A stretch of DNA of 64,000 bases, taken from positions 8,073 to 72,072 of the forward strand of contig CAMCVE010000012.1 of assembly GCA_945881775.1 (NCBI GenBank), written 5' to 3'. The notes beneath the pieces were generated by a model, which saw nothing but the letters and a program-made list of their open reading frames with translations, searched no databases and was not told the DNA's origin. Positions 38,050 through 46,600 of the stretch are shown here, in pieces; positions within the stretch are counted from its first letter, which is position 1, and each line of letters begins with the position of its first letter. This DNA comes from Bacteriovorax stolpii (lineage in GTDB: Bacteria; Bdellovibrionota; UBA2428). A program made the translations under genes and the position numbers.

Positions 38050-39702
38050 ATGGATTCCCGCGGGTTCTCGGCTCTATTTTTTGGCGACCTGGAGTCCGGC
38101 GGCTGGGTGCGCTCGTTGAACAAAGCCACTACAGTGAGCTCGTCCAAATGGACACTGCGGGATGCGGGCTACGCTTCATGGCTCAGGGAAATCTTAGATC
38201 CCTCGTCTTCAGCACGCACGAGTGAAGACCGGGTCTGGATCTTTGTGCTCTCACCGCGGGTCTTCGACGACGATGGCTTCGAGTCGCAGCTCGAGAGTTT
38301 CCTAATGAAGATTTCCGAAGCGGTCGGCACGCGAACAGTTTTCTTTTCTACGCTTTTTGCCGATCCCCACGGTGTGCTTCCGCTTTCGCAGGGACCTGCA
38401 AGGTCGCTGAGGGCGGAGCAGGCCAACTCTCGGCTCCAAGCCTTTAGTTCTCAGCATGCTTGGTTCCATTTGCTCGACGTTGCTGCCTACGTGCGTCGTT
38501 TCGGGTTTGAACAGCTCTACGACGCGCGTTTTGAATCGATGGCCCGTTACATGTTTCATCCCGGAGCTCTCGACGGACTCGCGACTTGGATACTTCGGCA
38601 CCTGAGTGCACTGGACCAAAGCCCCGTAAAGGTTATCGCTGTGGATTTCGACAACACGTTGTGGGGAGGTATTCTTGGAGAAGATGGCCCCGAGGGAATT
38701 CGTGTTGCACCCTCGGGAGCAGGCCTTCATTTTCGCAAATTTCAGTCACAACTGAAGGCCCTTAAGAATCAGGGCTTTCTGCTCGTCGCTCTTTCTAAGA
38801 ACAACTCCTCCGAAGCGGAAGCCGTCTTCAGCTCACATCCCGAGATGCTTCTTCGCTGGGATGATTTCGCGGCTCACGGGGTAAACTGGAGCCCCAAATT
38901 CGAAAACCTCTCACGAATCGCTGAAGAGCTCAGCCTTGGCAGAGATGCGTTTCTATTCATCGACGACTCAGCCCACGAGCGCGGAGAAATGCACGACCGC
39001 CTTCCCGAGGTCAAGATCTTCGACTTCCCCGCAGACCCATCAGGGCTTTGTCGGGCGCTTTCGGACTGCAGCGCTTTGGATCTTCTCAGGGTCACTCGCG
39101 AGGATCGTCTCAGGGCGAAGTCCTACGAAGACAATCGTGAAAGACAAAAAATTCAAGCCCAAGCTTCGTCTTTAGACGACTACTACCGTTCGCTCCAAAC
39201 TCGCGTCGAAATCCAGAAGGCCTCGCCAGAGAACGAAGCTCGACTCCATCAACTCATGCTTAAGACCAATCAGTTCAATCTCCACTCCGAGCGTCCCGAC
39301 CCCAGCGCCTTTCGTCAGAAGCTTTCTGACTCGAAGCGAGAGATCTGGGGCTTTCGTATTTCTGACCGCGTCGGAGATGCCGGGCTGACAGGCATGATCG
39401 AAATCGGCTTTGAAAAAGCGACTTCGTGGACGGTCCAAAACTTCCTGCTCAGCTGCCGAGTTCTCGGTCGCTCAGTGGAATACGCTGTCCTCCACTGGCT
39501 CGCCGATCGTGCGACTCAAGCGGGCATAGACGAGATCAGGTTTTGTTTTGTTGGCAATTCGCGAAATCAACCGGCGCTCGACTTTTTACAAAAGGCGGGT
39601 CTTGTCGTCGCGGGTCATGAAGCCGTGCTTAAGATCTCGGGACCTGACTGGAAACATTCCATGCCTTCTCACTACGCGACCGTTGTCGAGACAGGCGCCT
39701 AA
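38050..39702 (+). CDS. FkbH-like HAD-IIIC glyceryl transferase/phosphatase
   Basis: DFDNTLWGGILGEDG, SKNN, FIDDS..ER, KTNQFNL and LLSCRVLGR. Confidence 0.92.
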   Translation: MDSRGFSALFFGDLESGGWVRSLNKATTVSSSKWTLRDAGYASWLREILDPSSSARTSEDRVWIFVLSPRVFDDDGFESQLESFLMKISEAVGTRTVFFSTLFADPHGVLPLSQGPARSLRAEQANSRLQAFSSQHAWFHLLDVAAYVRRFGFEQLYDARFESMARYMFHPGALDGLATWILRHLSALDQSPVKVIAVDFDNTLWGGILGEDGPEGIRVAPSGAGLHFRKFQSQLKALKNQGFLLVALSKNNSSEAEAVFSSHPEMLLRWDDFAAHGVNWSPKFENLSRIAEELSLGRDAFLFIDDSAHERGEMHDRLPEVKIFDFPADPSGLCRALSDCSALDLLRVTREDRLRAKSYEDNRERQKIQAQASSLDDYYRSLQTRVEIQKASPENEARLHQLMLKTNQFNLHSERPDPSAFRQKLSDSKREIWGFRISDRVGDAGLTGMIEIGFEKATSWTVQNFLLSCRVLGRSVEYAVLHWLADRATQAGIDEIRFCFVGNSRNQPALDFLQKAGLVVAGHEAVLKISGPDWKHSMPSHYATVVETGA

Positions 39703-39716
39703 GTTAGGAAGTAAAC

Positions 39717-39953
39717 GTGACAAACTTTGATGAAACAACTTTTGAAAAAATTATCTGCACTGCACTCAGGGTGCCGCGCCCCGATGCCTCGTTGCGTATG
39801 GGCCACACGCCTTCGTGGGATTCAGTCGCTCATCTCGATATTGTTTTCCAATTAGAAAAGAGTTTTGGTGTGGCTTTTGATCTCGACGCCATCGCCGATT
39901 ACGACACAGTCGAGAAACTTCGCACAACACTCAAGGGACTCCTGGGGCTATGA
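39717..39953 (+). CDS. Acyl carrier protein
   Basis: 78 aa with a WDSVAHL phosphopantetheine site, directly after FkbH. Confidence 0.88.
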   Translation: MTNFDETTFEKIICTALRVPRPDASLRMGHTPSWDSVAHLDIVFQLEKSFGVAFDLDAIADYDTVEKLRTTLKGLLGL

Positions 39954-40888
39954 ACATTCGCTGGCCCAACGGCAAAAGTTTCGCCTTCTCTGTTTTCGAC
40001 GACACCGATCTTGCGGTGCCCGGAAATTTCGAGAAAGTTTATGCTTGCCTGGGCGAGAGTGGGCTCCAAACCACCAAGTCGGTTTGGCCGGTCACAGCTC
40101 AAGGATTTGAAGCTCGCTCTGAAGCCGGGTCGACCTGCGACGATTCCGAATATTTGGCGCAGGTGCTTCGTCTGCAGAAGTCTGGATTCGAGATTGGCTA
40201 TCATCTCTCATTCCATACAGGTCAGAAGCGGAATGAGATCCTCGGTGGGCTCGACCGTTTCAAAGAACTCTTTGGTCACGATCCCGTTTCGATGTCTAAT
40301 CATGCGAGCTCCGAAGAGGGGATTTATTGGGGTCCAGCTCGCATTTCTATGCCACTGCGAGCCGTTTACCGCACCCTCATGCGGCGTCCCTGGGGCAGTC
40401 CCCACTCTGGGGAACAAGAAAGCTCTCCTTACTTTTGGGGCGACCTTTGTCGGGATCGCGTTCGCTACGTGAGGAATTTTGTGTTCGACGAGATCGACAC
40501 CTTGAGCGCCAACCCCGAGATGCCTTATCACGACTCGAGGAGGCCCTACGTCAATGCGTGGTTCTCCTCGACCCATGCCCCCGAAATCAACACCTGCCTG
40601 CGAGCGCTTTCGGAGCCACGCCAAGATCTTCTCGAAGCTTCGGGAGGCGCGTGCATCTTGTACACTCACTTTGGAGCTGGCTTTCAGCAAGACGGAAGTC
40701 TCAACACGCGATTTAAAGAACTGATCGAGCGTCTCTCTCGAAAGAACGGATGGTTTGTTCCTGTTGGGACGATGCTCGACTACGTGGCCGCACAACGAGG
40801 CGGTGTCCAAAGTCTCGATAATGCTGCTCGGAGGCGACTCGAGTGGAAGTGGTTTAAGCATAAGATTTCTGTCGGAGGAACCTCATGA
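39950..40888 (+). CDS. Polysaccharide deacetylase-like protein
   Basis: FAFSVFDDTD, GFEIGYH and ILYTHF; coupled to the ACP gene (ATGA). Confidence 0.65.
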   Translation: MNIRWPNGKSFAFSVFDDTDLAVPGNFEKVYACLGESGLQTTKSVWPVTAQGFEARSEAGSTCDDSEYLAQVLRLQKSGFEIGYHLSFHTGQKRNEILGGLDRFKELFGHDPVSMSNHASSEEGIYWGPARISMPLRAVYRTLMRRPWGSPHSGEQESSPYFWGDLCRDRVRYVRNFVFDEIDTLSANPEMPYHDSRRPYVNAWFSSTHAPEINTCLRALSEPRQDLLEASGGACILYTHFGAGFQQDGSLNTRFKELIERLSRKNGWFVPVGTMLDYVAAQRGGVQSLDNAARRRLEWKWFKHKISVGGTS

Positions 40889-41991
40889 CTCTTGTTGTGA
40901 GACCTTATCTCGCACATGACATTGAGGGCGTGCGTGCGTTCAATCGCCGCCTTGCAATTGGGGGAATTGAGTTTCAGTTTCCCGAAACCCACATCTCTCG
41001 TGACTTCCCTCCCCTCCAAGGGCGACTCATCTCTCAAGAACATTTCGTCGCCGTCGACGAAACGGGAGCGGTGCGCGGAGCATATATCTTAAAAACCGAG
41101 CCCTTTTGGATAGAGGGCCGAGAACAGCTCGTTTGCAACTTCCAGCTGCCTCTATCTGAAGGAATAGTCGACAAGAAGTGGGCGATGGCCGGAGTGCGAC
41201 TCCTTACGGATGCGCTCAAAAGAAATCCGCTCTTGTATTGTCTTGGAATGGGAGGGACGGCCAGAGCACTGCCCCAGATGCTGGCTCGTTTTGGGTGGGA
41301 TCTTCTCGAGGTGCCTTTCTATTTCCGTGTTCTACGGGGAACGAATTTCGCTCGTGAACTACGGGCTGTCGGCGCTCCGACAGCCACGGCTTTGCGACTC
41401 GCGGGTCGGTTGGGGTTGGCGAGTGTGGGTACCAAGGGCTGGAATCTTTGGAGCCGAATCCGGGCTCCTTCGCCATCGCGTCGAAGTGACGTCGAGATCG
41501 TCGAAGAGTATTCCTCAGAAGTCGACGCAAATCGAATAGCCCTCCTTAAAAACATTTCCTGCGCAGCTGTACGCAGCAGCGCCACTCTTGCTGAGAGGTT
41601 CTTGAAAGCCGACAAGAGATTTTTGCGCGTGGTGCTGAGAGGCCCACACGCTCCGGTTGAGGGGTGGGCGCTCGTCGGGCTCTCCCAGCTTAAGAACCAT
41701 AAGCAGTTTGGCGATATGAGGCTCGGCTCGATTATCGATGGCATGGCCAGCGAGGGCGCTGAGGCCGCCTTGATCCAAGAATGTCTGCGAGTTCTTGGAG
41801 AGATGGGTGCGGATCTCGTGGTGAGCAATCAAACTCACAGGCACTGGTGCACGGCGCTGGAAGACAATTTCTTTGTCAGCGGTCCTTCGAATTTTGCTTT
41901 GGCTCGCTCGCCACAACTTGCTGCACTGGCACCTGATTCCAGTAGACTGCATTTTACTCGAGGAGATGGCGATGGCCCAATCAACCTCTAA
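40885..41991 (+). CDS. Hypothetical protein, probable GNAT/Fem-like acyltransferase fold
   Basis: N-terminal VRPY...D...RAFN, PLSEGIVD and C-terminal GDGDGP; coupled by ATGA. The fold call is tentative. Confidence 0.55.
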   Translation: MTLVVRPYLAHDIEGVRAFNRRLAIGGIEFQFPETHISRDFPPLQGRLISQEHFVAVDETGAVRGAYILKTEPFWIEGREQLVCNFQLPLSEGIVDKKWAMAGVRLLTDALKRNPLLYCLGMGGTARALPQMLARFGWDLLEVPFYFRVLRGTNFARELRAVGAPTATALRLAGRLGLASVGTKGWNLWSRIRAPSPSRRSDVEIVEEYSSEVDANRIALLKNISCAAVRSSATLAERFLKADKRFLRVVLRGPHAPVEGWALVGLSQLKNHKQFGDMRLGSIIDGMASEGAEAALIQECLRVLGEMGADLVVSNQTHRHWCTALEDNFFVSGPSNFALARSPQLAALAPDSSRLHFTRGDGDGPINL

Positions 41992-43165
41992 GAACGCGGT
42001 TCTTTGGGTCGCACCCCGATGGCCTTTCCCTCCTGATGACGGGGCCAAGGTGGCGATGGAGCGTTTGATTCGTCCCCTATCGGATTCTGGCGTGCAGGTG
42101 GAGCTTCTCTCGATTGTTCCAGCTTGGGAAACCGACCTCACTCCCAGTCCGCTGCGACTTGCGTCGTTGCACATCGAAAGACGTGGAGGCGCTTCTCGTT
42201 TTGCCACGCGACTGAGCTCGGCGTTCGCCAGTGTTTTCCTCGGCGGCCTGCCGTACTCTGTAAGACCATTCTCCAATAAGGCTCTAAGAGCGCGAACACG
42301 CAGTTGGCTCGAGCAATTCCCGACGGAAACCCCGATCCTCATTGATGGTCTCCATGTTGCGGCTGTGCTTCCCCCTGAAACCTCAAGTCGCTGGATCTAC
42401 CGAGCCCACAACGTCGAATGGCGCATCCTCGAGGACTTTGCCGTTCTTGTTCGGGGTCCAAAGAAGCTCTTTCTGCGTCACCAAGCGCAGCGGCTTCGAG
42501 CCTACGAAAAATACGTTATCGAATCAGCACGCGTGAGCTTTGCCGTGTCCCGCAGCGATGCCTTTGAGCTGGAAAAGCTAAGTTCGCGGGCGAGAGTCGA
42601 AGTGCTGCATATTGGCGCGGATTTTTCGAAAGAGCCGGAATACACTCACTCTCAAAGAACAGGTGTTACGCGACTGCTTTTTGTGGGCCGCTTGGACTGG
42701 GAACCCAACCGAGACGGCCTCATTTGGTTTCTTAAAGAAATTTGGCCTCATCTCACACCCGGGGCTTTCGAACTCGAGATTGTGGGCTCAGGCGATGGGA
42801 GCTACCTCGAAGCGTGGAGAGGGAGCTCGGGACTTTCACTTTGTGGAAGGGTGGAATCTGTCCAGAAGCACTACGCTGCTGCTGACCTCTGTCTTGTTCC
42901 ACTGCGCTGGGCATCGGGCACACGTGTGAAAATTATTGAAGCGCTGCAATTGGGCCGAGCGGTCTTAAGTACTAAGGCGGGTGCTCTTGGTCTCGAGTTG
43001 GGTTCCAAAGCACTAGAGATTGCCGAGACTCCCGAAGAGTGGATCTCGCTCCTTAACACAGGCAGTGCGAAAAAATGGGAAGATCTTGCCCGTCGTGCTT
43101 GGCCGACAGCAGCCGCCAGCTACGGTGAAAAAGCGATCGCTATGAAGTTGAAGGAATTTCTTTGA
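41972..43165 (+). CDS. Glycosyltransferase family 4
   Basis: PFPPDDGA, AHNVE, FVGRLDWEPNRDG and SGTRVKIIEA; AGGAG RBS at 41961. Confidence 0.88.
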   Translation: MAQSTSKNAVLWVAPRWPFPPDDGAKVAMERLIRPLSDSGVQVELLSIVPAWETDLTPSPLRLASLHIERRGGASRFATRLSSAFASVFLGGLPYSVRPFSNKALRARTRSWLEQFPTETPILIDGLHVAAVLPPETSSRWIYRAHNVEWRILEDFAVLVRGPKKLFLRHQAQRLRAYEKYVIESARVSFAVSRSDAFELEKLSSRARVEVLHIGADFSKEPEYTHSQRTGVTRLLFVGRLDWEPNRDGLIWFLKEIWPHLTPGAFELEIVGSGDGSYLEAWRGSSGLSLCGRVESVQKHYAAADLCLVPLRWASGTRVKIIEALQLGRAVLSTKAGALGLELGSKALEIAETPEEWISLLNTGSAKKWEDLARRAWPTAAASYGEKAIAMKLKEFL

Positions 43166-43166
43166 A

Positions 43167-45596
43167 ATGAGTTTTGATTTCTCAATCTTGTATCTCATTT
43201 TGTTTGCTTTGGGCTGTCTTGGAATTGCGCTGTCTACGTTCTTGATTCCCGTACTTGCATCATTAACGGCTCAGGAGAAACAGCTGCAGAAGCAGGGTGA
43301 TGCAAAGCCACTCAAGTCTTTGGATGTTCTGATTCCGGCTCACAACGAAGAAGACAACATCATCACGACACTGCAGTCGATACGCGAGAGTGCCCATCGA
43401 GCAAAGATCTCTGTTCGTGTTTGGGTTGGTGCGGATTCATGTACAGACAAAACGGTTGCTCGCGCAGAAGAATTTGGTGCCCAGGTCGTTGCCTATTCTT
43501 TTAGAAGTAAGTGGAAGACTCTTTCAGCCCTTGTTGCGTTGTCCGATGTTGAGCATATTGCTCTGGTCGACGCCGGAACTTCCTGGAGCGCCGAACTTCT
43601 CACCCAAGCGCGCGATGCTTGGACGGACGATGTGGTAGGTGTTGCGCCCACGTATCGCTCGCCTCGGGCCGGAGTCTTGCGTCGAATGCATTGGGCTTTT
43701 GAGGCTTTCCTCAAGAATCTAGAAAACCGAATGGGTGGGCCGATCTCTGTGCACGGCGCCACTATTTTCTATCGTCGCCAGGAGCTTGTCGAAACCTTAG
43801 CAAAGCTCCCAAAAGAAGAGATCTGGAAGAACGACGATGTGGTGATTCCCACGGCGCTGCGGATTCTTCATCCTCAGCTAAGAATCGTTTATCTTAAGGA
43901 CGCCGTTGTTCATGACCTCTGCGTTTTGCAGAATGCGGGGGAACGGGGTCGAAGACTTCGAATGGTTCAAGGCAATCTTGAGATCATGACGAGGCTGTTA
44001 CCAGCCCTTCCCGGCCCGGGTTTCACTCGCACATTTGTGCTCTATGCTCGCAGGGCGGGACGAATTTTTTGGGCTTGGTGGCTCGTGCTCGTGATGTGTG
44101 GGATCTGGGGTTATCTGGGATATTCCGTGGTGCCACTTCTTGTTGGAATTGCGGCGGTCTCTGCAGCAGGTGCTCTCGGAATCACGGGCTCATCGTCTGC
44201 TTTTTTTGCTTCGCTCGTGGCGCCGGTGGTGATCATCCCAAGTTTTGCGGGACGTATTGGCTGGCGAGACTCTGATGAATGGCTGAGGCGACCACCGCGG
44301 ATCCAGAATCCGGTCTCTTGGGCAACCTATGTCATTGTGATTTCCGCGGGGTGGGCTTCGGCGGCTCTCTACTTCCGCCCGGTCTACTCGATGGTCAGCG
44401 AAGCCTACATATTCGGATGGGCGGGCGTCACGGCGCTGACTACGGTCCTTTTGCTTTCGCTGATGAATTTCTTTGGACCTTTCATGGTGGTCCCTCGTCG
44501 GCGGGAAATGCTCACGCTTTCTCTTGTGGCGCCCATTCCGGGAATGTTCTGGAAGCTCTTCTTCTTCAATATCTACGGACAAGAAGTTGTGCGCCTTCGC
44601 GAAGTGTTGCTTGCGGCTCCGCTTGTGGCACTTCTGGCTGTGTTATTTAGGTACTTCGAACATCACCGTATTTTCCGAAAGGGCCCTTTGGTCCTAGCGG
44701 CAGCGCTCTCGCAAGATGAACTGGAACATCTCACCGACTATCTGATCGTCTCGGGTTTCCGCGAAAAGATCCGTCTCGTCGAGTGGAATCAGATCCTCTC
44801 AGGATCGCTTGTTCCATATTCTCTCGTCTACTCGCGAAGCGCGCTGAGGGACCTGCGTGCCGATGGTGCCGTGCTCGGGGCGATCTTTTCTGGACTTCCT
44901 GCCATTGAGCTCCGTAGGCTCGCTATGCAACTCACAGGTCGAGCGGATGTCAGCACTCTAGACACTTGGTTTTTTCTGCAGGTCACGGGCGAAAAATCGA
45001 TTGGCCTGAAGGCCTACGATGCCTTTAAGCGCTTCAATGAGCCGGTTTGCGCGATGCTTGCCCTTATTCTTCTTTTCCCATTTCTTCTTCTTGTCGGAGC
45101 TTTAGTTAAGCTTACGAGCAAGGGTCCGATGCTTTATTCCCAGTGGCGAAGCGGGCACATGGGAACTCACTTTAAACTGCACAAGTTTCGCACGATGCGC
45201 ACTGATGCCGAGGCTGCAGGCCCGCGTTGGGCTGCGAGCGAGGATCCTCGAGTGACTCGACTGGGTGCGATTCTTCGAAAGACTCGAATCGATGAACTCC
45301 CGCAACTTTGGAATATAGTTCTGGGCGAACTGTCTTTTGTGGGTCCACGACCGGAGCGTCCTGAGATCGTCGACGAACTCGTGAAATCGATTCCCGTGTT
45401 CCCGCTTCGACTCATCGTAAAGCCAGGAGTTTCGGGATGGGCGCAGGTGAACTACGGTTATGTCGGAAGCGTCGAGGAGTCTCGCACCAAGCTCGAGTAC
45501 GACCTTTATTATATTCTCCATCGTAGTCTTTGGCTGGATCTTCACATTCTTCTCAAGACCATTTCAACTTTCTGGAAAGGTGGAACAGGACGATGA
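43167..45596 (+). CDS. Fusion of a GT2 glycosyltransferase and a priming sugar-1-phosphate transferase (WcaJ/WbaP-like)
   Basis: N-half IPAHNEE, DSCTDKT, VDA, NDD. C-terminus KFRTMRTDAE, DPRVTRLGAILRKTRIDELPQLWNI..GELSFVGPRPE, KPGVSGWAQV. Single uninterrupted 809-aa frame. Confidence 0.88.
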   Translation: MSFDFSILYLILFALGCLGIALSTFLIPVLASLTAQEKQLQKQGDAKPLKSLDVLIPAHNEEDNIITTLQSIRESAHRAKISVRVWVGADSCTDKTVARAEEFGAQVVAYSFRSKWKTLSALVALSDVEHIALVDAGTSWSAELLTQARDAWTDDVVGVAPTYRSPRAGVLRRMHWAFEAFLKNLENRMGGPISVHGATIFYRRQELVETLAKLPKEEIWKNDDVVIPTALRILHPQLRIVYLKDAVVHDLCVLQNAGERGRRLRMVQGNLEIMTRLLPALPGPGFTRTFVLYARRAGRIFWAWWLVLVMCGIWGYLGYSVVPLLVGIAAVSAAGALGITGSSSAFFASLVAPVVIIPSFAGRIGWRDSDEWLRRPPRIQNPVSWATYVIVISAGWASAALYFRPVYSMVSEAYIFGWAGVTALTTVLLLSLMNFFGPFMVVPRRREMLTLSLVAPIPGMFWKLFFFNIYGQEVVRLREVLLAAPLVALLAVLFRYFEHHRIFRKGPLVLAAALSQDELEHLTDYLIVSGFREKIRLVEWNQILSGSLVPYSLVYSRSALRDLRADGAVLGAIFSGLPAIELRRLAMQLTGRADVSTLDTWFFLQVTGEKSIGLKAYDAFKRFNEPVCAMLALILLFPFLLLVGALVKLTSKGPMLYSQWRSGHMGTHFKLHKFRTMRTDAEAAGPRWAASEDPRVTRLGAILRKTRIDELPQLWNIVLGELSFVGPRPERPEIVDELVKSIPVFPLRLIVKPGVSGWAQVNYGYVGSVEESRTKLEYDLYYILHRSLWLDLHILLKTISTFWKGGTGR

Positions 45597-46600
45597 AGCG
45601 TGTTCTATGGAACTGGCTCAAAGCCGCAACACCACTGAGCCTGAGGGCGCAGCTCGATGAGCTTGTTCTACGTCGGGCCTATGAGCCCACACGCGATGAG
45701 AATCCGTCTCCTTTTTCAAAGCCCATCGTTGTATTTTCCGCAGATTTTGAACTCGCTTGGGCCTGGCGTTACTCAGAAGGCGGACTTCCTCTCGCGCTTC
45801 GCAAGGCCGAGATCGAGCGAGCCCAGACACCTCGACTCTTGAAACTTTTGGACGAGCATCAAGTTCCGATCACCTGGGCCACGGTGGGACTCCTCGCTGA
45901 TCGCGAGCGGGGTCAGGGAAGCTCTGCAGGTCCGCGGCCCTTGCTACCGGCCTATCAAAGCCGTTACTGGAAATTCCCTGGGGGCGATCCCTTCCGAGCA
46001 CTTCTCGAACACGTCGATCTCTCGGGGCCCGAGTGGTATGCGCCCGATCTCATCGAGCAGATCTTATCCGCAAAAGTGGGACACGAAATTGGGAGCCACT
46101 CCTTCTCGCATCACGCCAGCAGTGAGGAGCACTGCCCACACGACTTTTTTGAATGGGAGCTTCGCACCAGCGCCGCTGCACTCGAATCGTTTGGTGTGAA
46201 ACCTACAAGTTATGTTTTCCCGGGAAATCTTCCGGGTCATCACGCCTTGCTCGAAAAGCACGGCTACACCTGTGTGCGACATTTCCCGGACCGGCCCGAT
46301 GTCGAGCTCGCGGTTCCACGTCGAATCTTGCCGAAGCTCTGGGGCCTCAATCAGAGCGTGTGCCTCGAGGCTTATGGCTATGATGTTGCCTATGTGGGCC
46401 GCAAATCTAGAGAGCTCGTCCGCAAGTCGCTCTCCCACAACAGAGTCGCCTCGCTGTGGTTTCATCCGTCACTTGACGAGGCCGACTTCGAACAAAGTTT
46501 TCGCCCCATGATCGAATTGTGTGGCGATCTAAGAGATCGCGGACAAATCGAAATTCTGACGATGAAGCAATTGGCCATTCGTATGGATGAGGTGTCATGA
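45593..46600 (+). CDS. Polysaccharide deacetylase family protein
   Basis: SADFELAW, TWATVG, HEIGSHSFSH, VFPGN and LWFHP; ATGA coupling at 45593. Confidence 0.82.
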   Translation: MKRVLWNWLKAATPLSLRAQLDELVLRRAYEPTRDENPSPFSKPIVVFSADFELAWAWRYSEGGLPLALRKAEIERAQTPRLLKLLDEHQVPITWATVGLLADRERGQGSSAGPRPLLPAYQSRYWKFPGGDPFRALLEHVDLSGPEWYAPDLIEQILSAKVGHEIGSHSFSHHASSEEHCPHDFFEWELRTSAAALESFGVKPTSYVFPGNLPGHHALLEKHGYTCVRHFPDRPDVELAVPRRILPKLWGLNQSVCLEAYGYDVAYVGRKSRELVRKSLSHNRVASLWFHPSLDEADFEQSFRPMIELCGDLRDRGQIEILTMKQLAIRMDEVS

